Below are positions 38,262 to 47,267 of a stretch of 64,000 nt of DNA, one piece after another. This stretch comes from an uncultured Methanosarcinales archaeon (GTDB lineage: Archaea > Nanobdellota > Nanobdellia > Woesearchaeales > GW2011-AR9). The notes under the pieces are model-generated. The model saw only the letters and a list, made by a program, of their open reading frames with translations, did not search any database and had not been told where the DNA came from. Both the position numbers and the translations under genes were made by a program. Numbering within the stretch: position 1 is the first letter of the stretch; every line of letters starts with the position of its first letter. The stretch spans positions 109,526 through 173,525 of the forward strand of contig CAYFMM010000004.1 of assembly GCA_964344285.1 (NCBI GenBank), in the 5' to 3' direction.

Positions 38262-39346
38262 AAAAAATGAAAAAAAAGAATTATTTATTATTTACAACAA
38301 TTGCAATTGTTTTGCTTTTTGTAGTCAGTTGCCAAACACCACAACATACTGATGATGCTACACAAGACAATCCACCTACAACAGAATCTGACACACCAAC
38401 TGATTTTGAGCAAAACCCAGGTGCAACACCTCTTTTAGATGGAGAGATTCAAACAACTAGCGATGGCACAAAATATATTGTAAATCCAAATGAGATTCTC
38501 TCTGGAGGTCCTCCAAAAGGAGGCATTGGTTTTGATCGAGGAATTCCTGCTTTGGCAGAAAAAAACATTGACTTTGTGACGGTACAAGTTGCAGATAAGT
38601 GGATACAAGACCAAGAATTAGTACTTGCATTACAATATGATGGCGTAAAAAGAGTATATCCTCTGCAAATTTTAGTCTTTCATGAAATTGTTAACGATGA
38701 AATTAATGGTCTACCAATTTTAATTACCTATTGCCCACTCTGCGGTTCAGGCATTGCCTATGAACGCACAATTGAACTAAATGGGCAAAAAGTTGCAACA
38801 CGCTTTGGAACGTCAGGCAAACTCTATAACTCTAACTTAGTAATGTATGATGAATCAACAGACACTTATTGGCAACAAATTGATGGTAAAGCAATTGTTG
38901 GCAAGCTTACAGGTCAAGAACTCAACAAAATATCTATTGACACTGTTGCTTGGCGCGATTGGAAAAAAGCTCATCCGGAATCTGAAGTGTTATCACAGAA
39001 AACAGGTATGAATCGCCCATATGGAAATGACCCTTACCCAGGATACTATGAAAACTCATTTCTCTTTTTTCCGGTAGACAATGAAGATAATTCAATTCAC
39101 CCTAAAACAGTAATCTTTGGCACTGAAGTTGGCGGTGTGTACAAAGCATATCGAGAGGAAGATTTGCTTGAAACTCCTATCATTAAAGATGTGGTCAATG
39201 ACGTTAATATTGTTGTGGAGCGAGGAGATGATGGTGTTGTAAAAATTATAAATCAGCAGACAGGGGAAGAAATTGTCAAAGAACGCGACTTTTGGTTCGC
39301 TTGGTATGCATTTCATCCTAATACGCAATTATATGGTGCACAATGA
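38258..39346 (+). CDS. DUF3179-family lipoprotein
   Basis: Lipobox VVSC, SGGPPK..GIPA, ITYCPLCGS, SGKLYNSNLVMYD..T.TYW.Q, FWFAWYAFHP. Confidence 0.88.
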   Translation: MKKMKKKNYLLFTTIAIVLLFVVSCQTPQHTDDATQDNPPTTESDTPTDFEQNPGATPLLDGEIQTTSDGTKYIVNPNEILSGGPPKGGIGFDRGIPALAEKNIDFVTVQVADKWIQDQELVLALQYDGVKRVYPLQILVFHEIVNDEINGLPILITYCPLCGSGIAYERTIELNGQKVATRFGTSGKLYNSNLVMYDESTDTYWQQIDGKAIVGKLTGQELNKISIDTVAWRDWKKAHPESEVLSQKTGMNRPYGNDPYPGYYENSFLFFPVDNEDNSIHPKTVIFGTEVGGVYKAYREEDLLETPIIKDVVNDVNIVVERGDDGVVKIINQQTGEEIVKERDFWFAWYAFHPNTQLYGAQ

Positions 39347-39531
39347 AATATCCTTTGCATACCAAGTGTCACGAACGTAACGAGGTGGAGTGACTTTGAC
39401 GCGTGGTACGCTTTCCACCCTAATACACAACTCTATCAACAAACTAATCAACAATAAGTGCCACGTGTCCCGAATGATAATGAGGATATGCGTGGTATGC
39501 ATTTCACCCTAACACTAAAATATATGGCTGA
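39299..39531 (+). repeat. Three diverged copies of the DUF3179 3' end (AWYAFHPNT.[LI]Y) separated by hairpins
   Basis: Copies start at 39299, 39401 and 39490; differences are mostly synonymous. Confidence 0.85.
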
Positions 39532-39575
39532 GCCCTTTCAAAAGACTTAAATAATCTCTTGTACTATCTGTGAAT

Positions 39576-39878
39576 ATGTTAACTAAAGAAAAAATTATAC
39601 ACAAAATTGAACAAAATAAAGATAAAATAAAATCTTTTGGTGTAACTAAATTAATTTTGTTTGGCTCTTATGTTCACGGGACACAAAAAGAAAATAGTGA
39701 TATTGATTTATTAGTAGAATTTGACGATGGGAGGGGTTTATTTAATGATTATGTTCATCTACTTCATTTGTTGGAAGATTTATTCAAGAAAAAAATTGAT
39801 TTAGGTGAAGAGAAATTATTGAGAGAAGAATTAAAGCCTTATATCTTAGGGGGAGAAAAAATTGAAGCGAAGATTTGA
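39576..39878 (+). CDS. Minimal nucleotidyltransferase (MNT antitoxin)
   Basis: LFGSYVHG..SDIDLLVEF; TATA box 30 nt upstream of this ATG. Confidence 0.92.
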   Translation: MLTKEKIIHKIEQNKDKIKSFGVTKLILFGSYVHGTQKENSDIDLLVEFDDGRGLFNDYVHLLHLLEDLFKKKIDLGEEKLLREELKPYILGGEKIEAKI

Positions 39879-40209
39879 TTTATACCTTAAAGATGTTCTT
39901 AACGCCATAGAAAATGTTAAAGAGTACATTGGAGATCTTGATGTTGAAGATGTTTTAAAGGACCGTTTAAGAACCGACGCTATTCTACGTAATCTTGAGA
40001 TTATAGGTGAAGCTGTATCGCAACTACCAAAAGAAATCAAAGAAAAATATAAAGAAATCCCTTGGAGGGATATTAAGGATTTTAGAAACGTAGTTGCACA
40101 CCGCTATTGGAAGATTAATTTGGCTAGAATAGTTGATATTATTGAAAACAAACTGGATTCTCTTAAACAGAAAGTAGAGAACATTCTTATTAAAGAAAAA
40201 GATGCCTAA
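39862..40209 (+). CDS. HEPN (DUF86) ribonuclease toxin
   Basis: DAILRNLEIIGEA, IPWRDIKDFRNVVAHRY (RX4H). Confidence 0.93.
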   Translation: MKRRFDLYLKDVLNAIENVKEYIGDLDVEDVLKDRLRTDAILRNLEIIGEAVSQLPKEIKEKYKEIPWRDIKDFRNVVAHRYWKINLARIVDIIENKLDSLKQKVENILIKEKDA

Positions 40210-40831
40210 ACAAAAAATCAATAAAAATCATTTTAGAGTTGCAATCTTTGGTTCAGCAAGAACTAAACGCAATGACCCAGAATACAAAAAAATTGAAAAA
40301 TTAGCACAACTGATTGCAGAAGAAAACATTGATGTTGTAACAGGAGGAGGGCCAGGTCTAATGGATGCTGCAAGTCGTGGTCATCACAAAGGTAGAAAAA
40401 AAGGTAATCATGCTCACTCACTAGGTCTTACAATTAAACTTCCTCACGAGCAACATGATGGATATCATTTAGATGTCAAAGAAGACTTTGCAAAATTTTC
40501 AGGAAGATTAGATAAATTTATGCAACTCTCAAATGTGGTGGTTGTAGCTCCCGGTGGAATTGGCACAATTTTAGAATTTTTCTACACTTGGCAACTTATT
40601 CAAGTCAAACAAACCTGTGAAATCCCAATTATTATGGTGGGGTCAATGTGGAAAGGACTAATTGACTGGGTAAAAAAACAACCCTTAAGAAAAAAACTTC
40701 TCAACAAAGAAGATTTAAAGACAATTTACTTTACAAACACAAACGCACAAGCAATGAAAATTATTATGGAAGCAAAAAAGAGCTTTGAATCTGGTGAGCA
40801 TGTTTGCAGGAATATTGAAAAGTACAAGTAA
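40202..40831 (+). CDS. LOG-family protein (YgdH/PpnN-like)
   Basis: FGSAR, TGGGPGLM, PGGIGTILE. Confidence 0.9.
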   Translation: MPKQKINKNHFRVAIFGSARTKRNDPEYKKIEKLAQLIAEENIDVVTGGGPGLMDAASRGHHKGRKKGNHAHSLGLTIKLPHEQHDGYHLDVKEDFAKFSGRLDKFMQLSNVVVVAPGGIGTILEFFYTWQLIQVKQTCEIPIIMVGSMWKGLIDWVKKQPLRKKLLNKEDLKTIYFTNTNAQAMKIIMEAKKSFESGEHVCRNIEKYK

Positions 40832-41027
40832 GAATTTTTAAAAGAGAGTAATTTTGGTTATGTCACGTCGGTACATTTATGCTTAAGTGAAACTATTCTC
40901 TTTTTCTTATCTTGTCTTTAGCCTGGCTACCTATTGCCTCCCAGGTGCAAGAAGTACAATATTTTTGATAATATACTGCCCTTTTAGTGTTAACACAAAT
41001 TAAGAATTAAAAAAAAATAAGAAAAAT

Positions 41028-41585
41028 TTATCTTTTCTTTTTCTTTGTAGCCTTTTTAGCAGGTTTCTTTTTTGTTGTTACTCTCTTCTTCGCTGCCTTC
41101 TTTTTCACTACTTTTTTCTTTGTAGCCGCCTTTTTCTTTGCAGGAGCTTTCTTTTTGGTAACTTTCTTCTTGCTTGTAGCCTTCTTTGCTGGTTTCTTTT
41201 TTGCTGCTGCTTTTTTCTTCACAGGTTTTTTTGCAACCTTCTTAACTGCTTTCTTTTTAGCGGGAGCCTTTTTCTTCGCTGTTGCTTTCTTCTTTGTAGC
41301 CACTTTTTTTGCAGTCTTTTTCACAACAACTTTTTTTGTAGGCTTAGCAACCTTTTTAGTGCCAACTGCCTCTTGTAATGCTTTAGGGTCAAATCCTACT
41401 AAAATTTTATCTTTAACCTCAATTACTGGAACGCCCATCTGTCCTGACTTTTCAATCATTGCATCTCGCGCCTTTACATCAACAGAAACATCATACTCCT
41501 TAAACGCAACATTGTTCTTTTTCAAAAACTCCTTTGTTTTAGCACACCATGGGCATGTTGGTGTAGTATATATTTTAATTGCCAT
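41028..41585 (-). CDS. Glutaredoxin (NrdH/YruB-like, CPWC) fused to a histone-H1-like Lys/Ala tail
   Basis: IYTTPTCPWC..SGQMGVPVI..VGFD, then about 110 aa of KKPAKK-type repeats. Confidence 0.88.
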   Translation of the reverse strand: MAIKIYTTPTCPWCAKTKEFLKKNNVAFKEYDVSVDVKARDAMIEKSGQMGVPVIEVKDKILVGFDPKALQEAVGTKKVAKPTKKVVVKKTAKKVATKKKATAKKKAPAKKKAVKKVAKKPVKKKAAAKKKPAKKATSKKKVTKKKAPAKKKAATKKKVVKKKAAKKRVTTKKKPAKKATKKKKR

Positions 41586-41743
41586 TTCTAATCACCTTCT
41601 TTTTTAATTAAACTATAATCACAATATTATTTGATTTATCTTAACCATACTTTCTAAATTTATAACTCTTTTGTTTTTCTTTGAACCCTACAAACAAAAA
41701 TTTATTAACTCCAACTTGTACTCTTTACAAAAAGAGGTTATCC

Positions 41744-43201
41744 ATGACAAAAAACTTAACTAACAAAAAGAAAAATTCTCTATCTCGTAATTCTAAAACT
41801 ACAAAAAAACCAAAACAATATGACGTAATAGTTATCGGTTCAGGTGGCGGCACAAAAATTGCATCACCTGCCTATCAACTAGGAAAAAAAGTAGCAATCA
41901 TTGAAGAAGCAAAATTAGGTGGGACTTGTCTTAACCGAGGTTGTATTCCTTCTAAAATGCTAATCCATCCAGCAAATGTTGCAACAATTATCAAAGATGC
42001 AAAAAAATTTAACATCAATGCAACATTTAGTTCAGCAGACATACAAAAACTTCTCAAACGAATTAACAAAGAGACAGATGGTGATTCTAAAAGTATTGAA
42101 ACATGGTATAAATCCCGTAAAAACTTTGGATATTACCATGGACACGCAGAATTTATTTCAGATAAAATAATCAAAGTAAATAATCAACTTCTCACTGCAA
42201 AAAAAATCTTTATTGCTACTGGTGCAAGACCTTTTGTTCCTCCAATCCCAGGACTAAAAGAGACTCCATTTATGACAAGCACACAAGCTCTAAGAAGTAG
42301 AACACTTCCTAAAAAGCTCCTTGTAATCGGAGGCGGATATATTGCGTGTGAGCTAGGCTACGCTTACTCAGCTTTGGGCTCAGAAGTTCACTGGTTGGTA
42401 CGAGACAAAGCTCTCCTTCGAAGAGAAGACGCTCAAGTTAGTCAAACTTTTACCAAAATCTTTGCTAAAAACCATAAAGTTCACTTTAACACAAATACTA
42501 CAAACGTATCTTACAACAAAAAAACAAAACAATTCACATTAACTCTAGAAACAACAAAGGGCAATCAAAAAATAAAGAAAAGACTAGTTGGTGATGCTCT
42601 TTTAGTTGCAACTGGAGTAAAACCAAATTCTGAGCTGCTTGGATTAGAAAACACTTCTATTAAAACTAATAAACGCGGTTTTATTAAAGCAAATTCTTAT
42701 CTTCAAACAACAGTAAAAGATGTCTATGCTCTTGGTGATGTTGTTGGCAATTACATGTTTCGCCATTCTGTAAACTTTGAAGGAGAATATCTTTTTAACG
42801 AACATTACTATAAAAAAGGAAAAATTACACCCATCAAATATCCTCCAATTCCTCATGCGGTTTTTACACACCCCGAAATTGCTGGTGTTGGTCTAACTGA
42901 AGAACAACTTCAAGAGAAAAAAATTCCTTATGTGGTTGGATTTAATCCTTACAAAAAAAGTGCGATGGGATCAGCTAGGCTTAGCAAAGATGAATTTGTC
43001 AAATTATTATTCCATAAAAAAACAAGAAAACTTCTTGGTGCACATATCTTGGGTGAAGAAGCGTCTAACATGGTTCATCTTTTAATTTATGCAATAACCA
43101 ATGGTGCAACAGCTGATAGCTTACTTAACATGATTTATATTCATCCAGCCCTGCCAGAAATTGTACGAAATGCGGTAAGAAATGCAATGGAAGAATTTTA
43201 A
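41744..43201 (+). CDS. Flavoprotein disulfide reductase (dihydrolipoamide dehydrogenase / mycothione reductase family)
   Basis: GSGGG, GGTCLNRGCIPSK, IGGGYIACE, YALGD, HPALPE; SD GAGGT. Confidence 0.9.
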   Translation: MTKNLTNKKKNSLSRNSKTTKKPKQYDVIVIGSGGGTKIASPAYQLGKKVAIIEEAKLGGTCLNRGCIPSKMLIHPANVATIIKDAKKFNINATFSSADIQKLLKRINKETDGDSKSIETWYKSRKNFGYYHGHAEFISDKIIKVNNQLLTAKKIFIATGARPFVPPIPGLKETPFMTSTQALRSRTLPKKLLVIGGGYIACELGYAYSALGSEVHWLVRDKALLRREDAQVSQTFTKIFAKNHKVHFNTNTTNVSYNKKTKQFTLTLETTKGNQKIKKRLVGDALLVATGVKPNSELLGLENTSIKTNKRGFIKANSYLQTTVKDVYALGDVVGNYMFRHSVNFEGEYLFNEHYYKKGKITPIKYPPIPHAVFTHPEIAGVGLTEEQLQEKKIPYVVGFNPYKKSAMGSARLSKDEFVKLLFHKKTRKLLGAHILGEEASNMVHLLIYAITNGATADSLLNMIYIHPALPEIVRNAVRNAMEEF

Positions 43202-43498
43202 AGGTCATTTTTCTTAACAATTGTTGTAATTATTTGCATTAGGTATTCTAATGGGTCTCCCTCAATTTCACGTAGTGAAGTTTTTCTGTGTCCTTCTTCT
43301 GGTCTAGCAAATAATCTTTTGGGTGCCATCTGTAAACTCAACACTACTGCCATAACTATCTCCGCTTGGACATGTGCCCCTACAATAAACGTATTCAACC
43401 GAAACTCCAGCATATTCTCTAGTCCCATCTAATAACCCTTGATATAATTCATCATTACCAGGACAACTTTCACATACTAAAACTTGTAATTTACTCAT
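43198..43498 (-). pseudogene. Probable frameshifted Cys-motif protein (thioredoxin-like ferredoxin?)
   Basis: VLVCESC..YCRGTC ORF stops at 43304. Removing one A from the run at 43317-43320 joins it to the 43198 frame, giving 99 aa. Confidence 0.45.
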
Positions 43499-43552
43499 AA
43501 AACAAAAACTAATCTGTTCCATTAAAAACTTTATGACAAAAAATAAAGAAAA

Positions 43553-43786
43553 TTAATAACTATAAGAACACCAACATTGCCCTTGATTGATCTCTTCATT
43601 AAATTCACACAATGCTTCTCCTTTTGGAATATTTGGATTTTCATGATAGCAATTTACGTTCTTACAATCCTTGTCTTCCAAACACAAACTGCCCTCTTCT
43701 GCGACATAATCCTTGTTAAACAAGCATCCACTTAGTAAAAATAAACTTGTAATTAAAACAACTCCAATCAGTAATTTAGTTTTCAT
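43553..43786 (-). CDS. Small Cys-rich lipoprotein
   Basis: MKTKLLIGVVLITSLFLLSGC lipobox, then six more Cys residues. Confidence 0.7.
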   Translation of the reverse strand: MKTKLLIGVVLITSLFLLSGCLFNKDYVAEEGSLCLEDKDCKNVNCYHENPNIPKGEALCEFNEEINQGQCWCSYSY

Positions 43787-43787
43787 T

Positions 43788-44027
43788 TTACAAATTCTCC
43801 TCAATATATGCAATGATATCTGCAGACTCACCGATCCACTTGCCATCGATATTAATGACTGGCACAGTTCCAACACCGCTCTTCTCTGCAATCTCTTTTC
43901 GTTGTACATCTTCCCTATCGTGGGAAACATTCACTTTTTCATACTCAAGTCCCTTTGCATCTAAAACACTTCTCACTCTTGCACAAAAGGGACACGTTTC
44001 AAATTGATATAATATTATCGTTGCCAT
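43788..44027 (-). CDS. Glutaredoxin-like protein
   Basis: LYQFETCPFC..GTVPVI..WIGESADII. Confidence 0.92.
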   Translation of the reverse strand: MATIILYQFETCPFCARVRSVLDAKGLEYEKVNVSHDREDVQRKEIAEKSGVGTVPVINIDGKWIGESADIIAYIEENL

Positions 44028-44099
44028 AAAATTACAAAAGATTAAGTCTATATAAGGATTATGAAAATGTTTTTAAATTGAAAATACTTCATAATTATT

Positions 44100-44366
44100 A
44101 TGACATCACTTGAAAAAATTAAAAATGAGATTACAAAAATACAACAACGAAACGAGCGTGTGGAATTGGATAAAGCATGGGAAACAAGTGTCACACGAAA
44201 AATACTTGTTGCAGTTTTAACGTATTTTGTAGTGGTGCTCTTTTTTTATGGAGCGGGTTTACCAAAACCGTTTTTAAACTCCCTTGTGCCTACAACAGGG
44301 TTCATACTTTCTACGCTCTCTTTGCCTTTTTTTAAACGAATCTGGGAAAAATACAAGAAAAAATAA
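44100..44366 (+). CDS. Small membrane protein, unknown function
   Basis: RVELDKAWETS..; two hydrophobic segments. Confidence 0.65.
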   Translation: MTSLEKIKNEITKIQQRNERVELDKAWETSVTRKILVAVLTYFVVVLFFYGAGLPKPFLNSLVPTTGFILSTLSLPFFKRIWEKYKKK

Positions 44367-44377
44367 AAAAACTAAAC

Positions 44378-44764
44378 TTAGTTTTCTTTAACTGCTACTG
44401 CTCCAGGACCACTGAAATACACACTAACAAGCCCGGTGATTGCTAAGATGTGGAACAACAAGTTAATCATGCCCATCGGTTGACTTAAGTTTGGAATAAC
44501 CATCATTACCGTTGCAACAACCATAATTACAATTAGTGGCCAAACAGTGTATTTTGTTTTCCATCCAGCAAGTAATGCTGCACCAAAGACAATTTCTGCA
44601 AGAAGCACAATCCACGTAAGACCCGCTCCAATCATGCCTGCAAGCATATGTCCGCCTCCAAGCATTCCAAATAACTTATCGAGGCCTGGGATTACAAATA
44701 GTAAACCTAGTCCTAAACGTAATACAGATGGTGCATACGCCCGACAATCACATTTTTCTTTCAT
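44378..44764 (-). CDS. DoxX-family membrane protein
   Basis: LRLGLGLLF..G.DK, EIVFGAALLAG, GPGAVAV. Confidence 0.88.
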   Translation of the reverse strand: MKEKCDCRAYAPSVLRLGLGLLFVIPGLDKLFGMLGGGHMLAGMIGAGLTWIVLLAEIVFGAALLAGWKTKYTVWPLIVIMVVATVMMVIPNLSQPMGMINLLFHILAITGLVSVYFSGPGAVAVKEN

Positions 44765-44934
44765 TTTCTTTTTCCTCCTTAAACTAAATGATTTTGTAGT
44801 GAAAAGCACCTTGTGCAAACCACTCTAACTAACAAAACACTTCCCAACAACTAAATATGTATCTTATTATCATTCAAACAAAATTTTGATAAACAAGAAT
44901 AAATTTTATATAAGCTCAGACAAAAAATAACATT

Positions 44935-45576
44935 ATGGGATACACAGTCATTGCTCCAGTAGGGGATAATTTAGATGCCCTTTTTGTGGGTATGAAGGAA
45001 TTTGCAACAGAACAAGTTTACTTAATTACGCCAAGTAACAACCTACGCAAAGCAAAAAAACTAGAAAAAAAACTTCAAATATTTTCAATTCCAGTAATCA
45101 TCAAAGAAATGAAAGAAGGTCTTATGGAATCTATGTTCTACCAATTTGGTAAGATCTGTGAATCACACTCTGAAGAAGAAATCATTGTAAACGTTGCAAC
45201 AGGAGACAGACTTAGTTCATGTGCAGCACTAAGTGCAGCATTTGCAAACGGTCTAAAAGCATTTGGGATAATGGGTGGTAAACCAATGCTTCTGCCTATC
45301 ATGAAACTTTCGTATTACAATGAGCTTACTGATAGCAAATTTAAAATTCTCACAAATCTTGTAAAAGAAGATTATACTTCACTAAAAGACTTAAGTAAAG
45401 CAACAGGGCTCTCTATCTCTTTACTTTCTTACCATCTTAATGGAACACTTAAATATAAAGGATTGCTTAACCTGCGTTTAGTAGAAGTAAAAGAGCAAAA
45501 CAAAAACTTGCTTGTAAAACTCTCTGATTTGGGTAGTCTATTACTCAAGGGATATATTAGTTGTGAGAAAAAATAA
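44935..45576 (+). CDS. DUF6293/HFX_2341-like regulator (CARF-like Rossmann domain plus wHTH)
   Basis: VIAPVG..VYLIT..IVNVATGDR, then SLKDLSKATGLSISLLSYHL. Confidence 0.7.
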   Translation: MGYTVIAPVGDNLDALFVGMKEFATEQVYLITPSNNLRKAKKLEKKLQIFSIPVIIKEMKEGLMESMFYQFGKICESHSEEEIIVNVATGDRLSSCAALSAAFANGLKAFGIMGGKPMLLPIMKLSYYNELTDSKFKILTNLVKEDYTSLKDLSKATGLSISLLSYHLNGTLKYKGLLNLRLVEVKEQNKNLLVKLSDLGSLLLKGYISCEKK

Positions 45577-45636
45577 GACATAACAAAAATTAAAGACAAC
45601 AAAATCTTTATTAACTCTTATCACTTCCTTTACTCT

Positions 45637-46527
45637 ATGAAAAAGGCAAAGATGTCGTGGGTTGTACTTTTGTTTATGGTTCTTGGGATAATTGGGATCA
45701 TTACTTCTGGTTACTTATTAAAAAGTCACTTAGACACATCAGCAGCAGGTTCTTTTTGTGATATCACAGAAGCTGCATCTTGTTCAATTGTAAACTCAAG
45801 TTCTTTTTCTAAACTCCTTGGTGTGCCAGTGGCAGCCCTAGGGATATTGTGGTTTGTATTCTTCATGGTTTTAATGGCAAGACAATGTTCAATGCACAAA
45901 AACAAAACAGTACAAGAAAAAGTCAATAATGTAAAAGCACTCTTTTTATGGAACCTACTTGGTTTAATTTCGGTAATTTATCTTATTATTGGAGAAATTA
46001 TCATCCGAGCAATCTGCCCACTATGCACAATCGTACATATAATTATCTTACTTGCGCTAGTGTATTCTTTTATTGAATATAAAAAACTTACAACTAAAGA
46101 CAAAAAATACTCTTTAACATTTTTTAAACAATACAAAACTCTCCTCTTCATCTTTGTAATCCTTACAATCGCAACATTCGTTTTTTTCAATCTTCCAGAA
46201 AAAGAAACTCAAGATTATACTGAATTGACGCAATGTGTAACTGACAATGGAGTTAGCATGTATGGTTCTTTTAGGTGTGCTATATGTACAAAAACAAGAG
46301 CAATGCTTGGAGATGCATTTGAAAATATTAACGAGATAGAATGTCATCCACAAGGAGAAAACGCACAAACAGAACTATGTCTTTCAAAAGGAATTGAGGC
46401 GACTCCTACCTGGATTTTAGAACCTAACGGGCCAAATGGAGAAGAACTCAAACGGCATGTTGGCTTTCTTACAGTAGAAGAACTAGCTGATTTTGCAGGT
46501 TGTCAAGACACACTTGATACAAAATAA
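45637..46527 (+). CDS. VKOR fused to a thioredoxin-like domain
   Basis: FCDI..SCSIVNSS..LLGVPVA, ICPLC, then MYGSFRCAIC..IECHP..TPTW. Confidence 0.92.
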   Translation: MKKAKMSWVVLLFMVLGIIGIITSGYLLKSHLDTSAAGSFCDITEAASCSIVNSSSFSKLLGVPVAALGILWFVFFMVLMARQCSMHKNKTVQEKVNNVKALFLWNLLGLISVIYLIIGEIIIRAICPLCTIVHIIILLALVYSFIEYKKLTTKDKKYSLTFFKQYKTLLFIFVILTIATFVFFNLPEKETQDYTELTQCVTDNGVSMYGSFRCAICTKTRAMLGDAFENINEIECHPQGENAQTELCLSKGIEATPTWILEPNGPNGEELKRHVGFLTVEELADFAGCQDTLDTK

Positions 46528-46532
46528 TTACA

Positions 46533-47249
46533 ATGACGTTACCACAAGGATTAACAATCCCTATCTTGGTTGGAGCAGCACTTCTTGACAGTATCAACCC
46601 TTGTGTGTTTGGTGTGTTAATCTTTCTTATTGCCTTTATGACAAAACTCTACAAAAGCCCAGGGAGAATGCTTTTAGCAGGAGCAATTTATACAATTGTT
46701 GTTTATCTTACATACTTTTTTATTGGTGTAGGATTCCTTAAGTTTACGGTCTCTTTTGGCTTCTCTCAGATAGTGTACTGGATTGCAGCAATTATTGCTA
46801 TTATTGCAGGGCTTTTAGAAGTTAAAGACTTCTTTTGGTACGGAAAAGGATTCAGTTTACAAATGGTCCCTGGAGCTGCTCAAAGAATTAAGATGTACAC
46901 ACAACGTCTTAAAAAAATTCATAGCAAAAATCCAAGCCTAAGTTATCTTGCAGCTGGTTTACTTGGGATTTTTGTTGTACTTGTAGAGCTTCCCTGTACT
47001 GGTGCTCCCTATTTGGCTGTTCTTGCAATCCTTGGTCAGGGTAATTACACTGAAGGAATCCCCTTACTCTTGCTTTATAATCTTATTTTTATCCTTCCAT
47101 TATTCATTATCATTGTAGTAGCATACTTTGGAAAGTCCTCTAAAAAACTTGAAGCATGGCGTAAAAAGCACCGTGGTGTGATGCGACTTGCAACTGGATT
47201 ATTCCTTATTGCGCTTGGGGCATTTATGCTTTATTACATTACTGTGTGA
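46533..47249 (+). CDS. CcdA-like transmembrane thiol-disulfide protein
   Basis: DSINPCVF and VELPCTGAPY. Confidence 0.85.
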   Translation: MTLPQGLTIPILVGAALLDSINPCVFGVLIFLIAFMTKLYKSPGRMLLAGAIYTIVVYLTYFFIGVGFLKFTVSFGFSQIVYWIAAIIAIIAGLLEVKDFFWYGKGFSLQMVPGAAQRIKMYTQRLKKIHSKNPSLSYLAAGLLGIFVVLVELPCTGAPYLAVLAILGQGNYTEGIPLLLLYNLIFILPLFIIIVVAYFGKSSKKLEAWRKKHRGVMRLATGLFLIALGAFMLYYITV

Positions 47250-47267
47250 AATAAATTGAGGTACATA

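Noticed and set aside
39299-39531. Diversity-generating retroelement TR/VR pair
   Set aside because: Differences are synonymous and mostly C/T rather than adenine-specific, the repeats are only about 35-40 nt, and no reverse transcriptase is in the window.
39299-39531. CRISPR array or integron attC cassettes
   Set aside because: The repeats are protein-coding and diverged, there are no cas genes, and there are no RYYYAAC/GTTRRRY ends.
41155-41607. Long antisense ORFs (e.g. 41155, 32339, 4410, 19319, 798, 37541)
   Set aside because: They are shadows of real genes on the opposite strand; Lys-rich genes give Phe-rich antisense frames.
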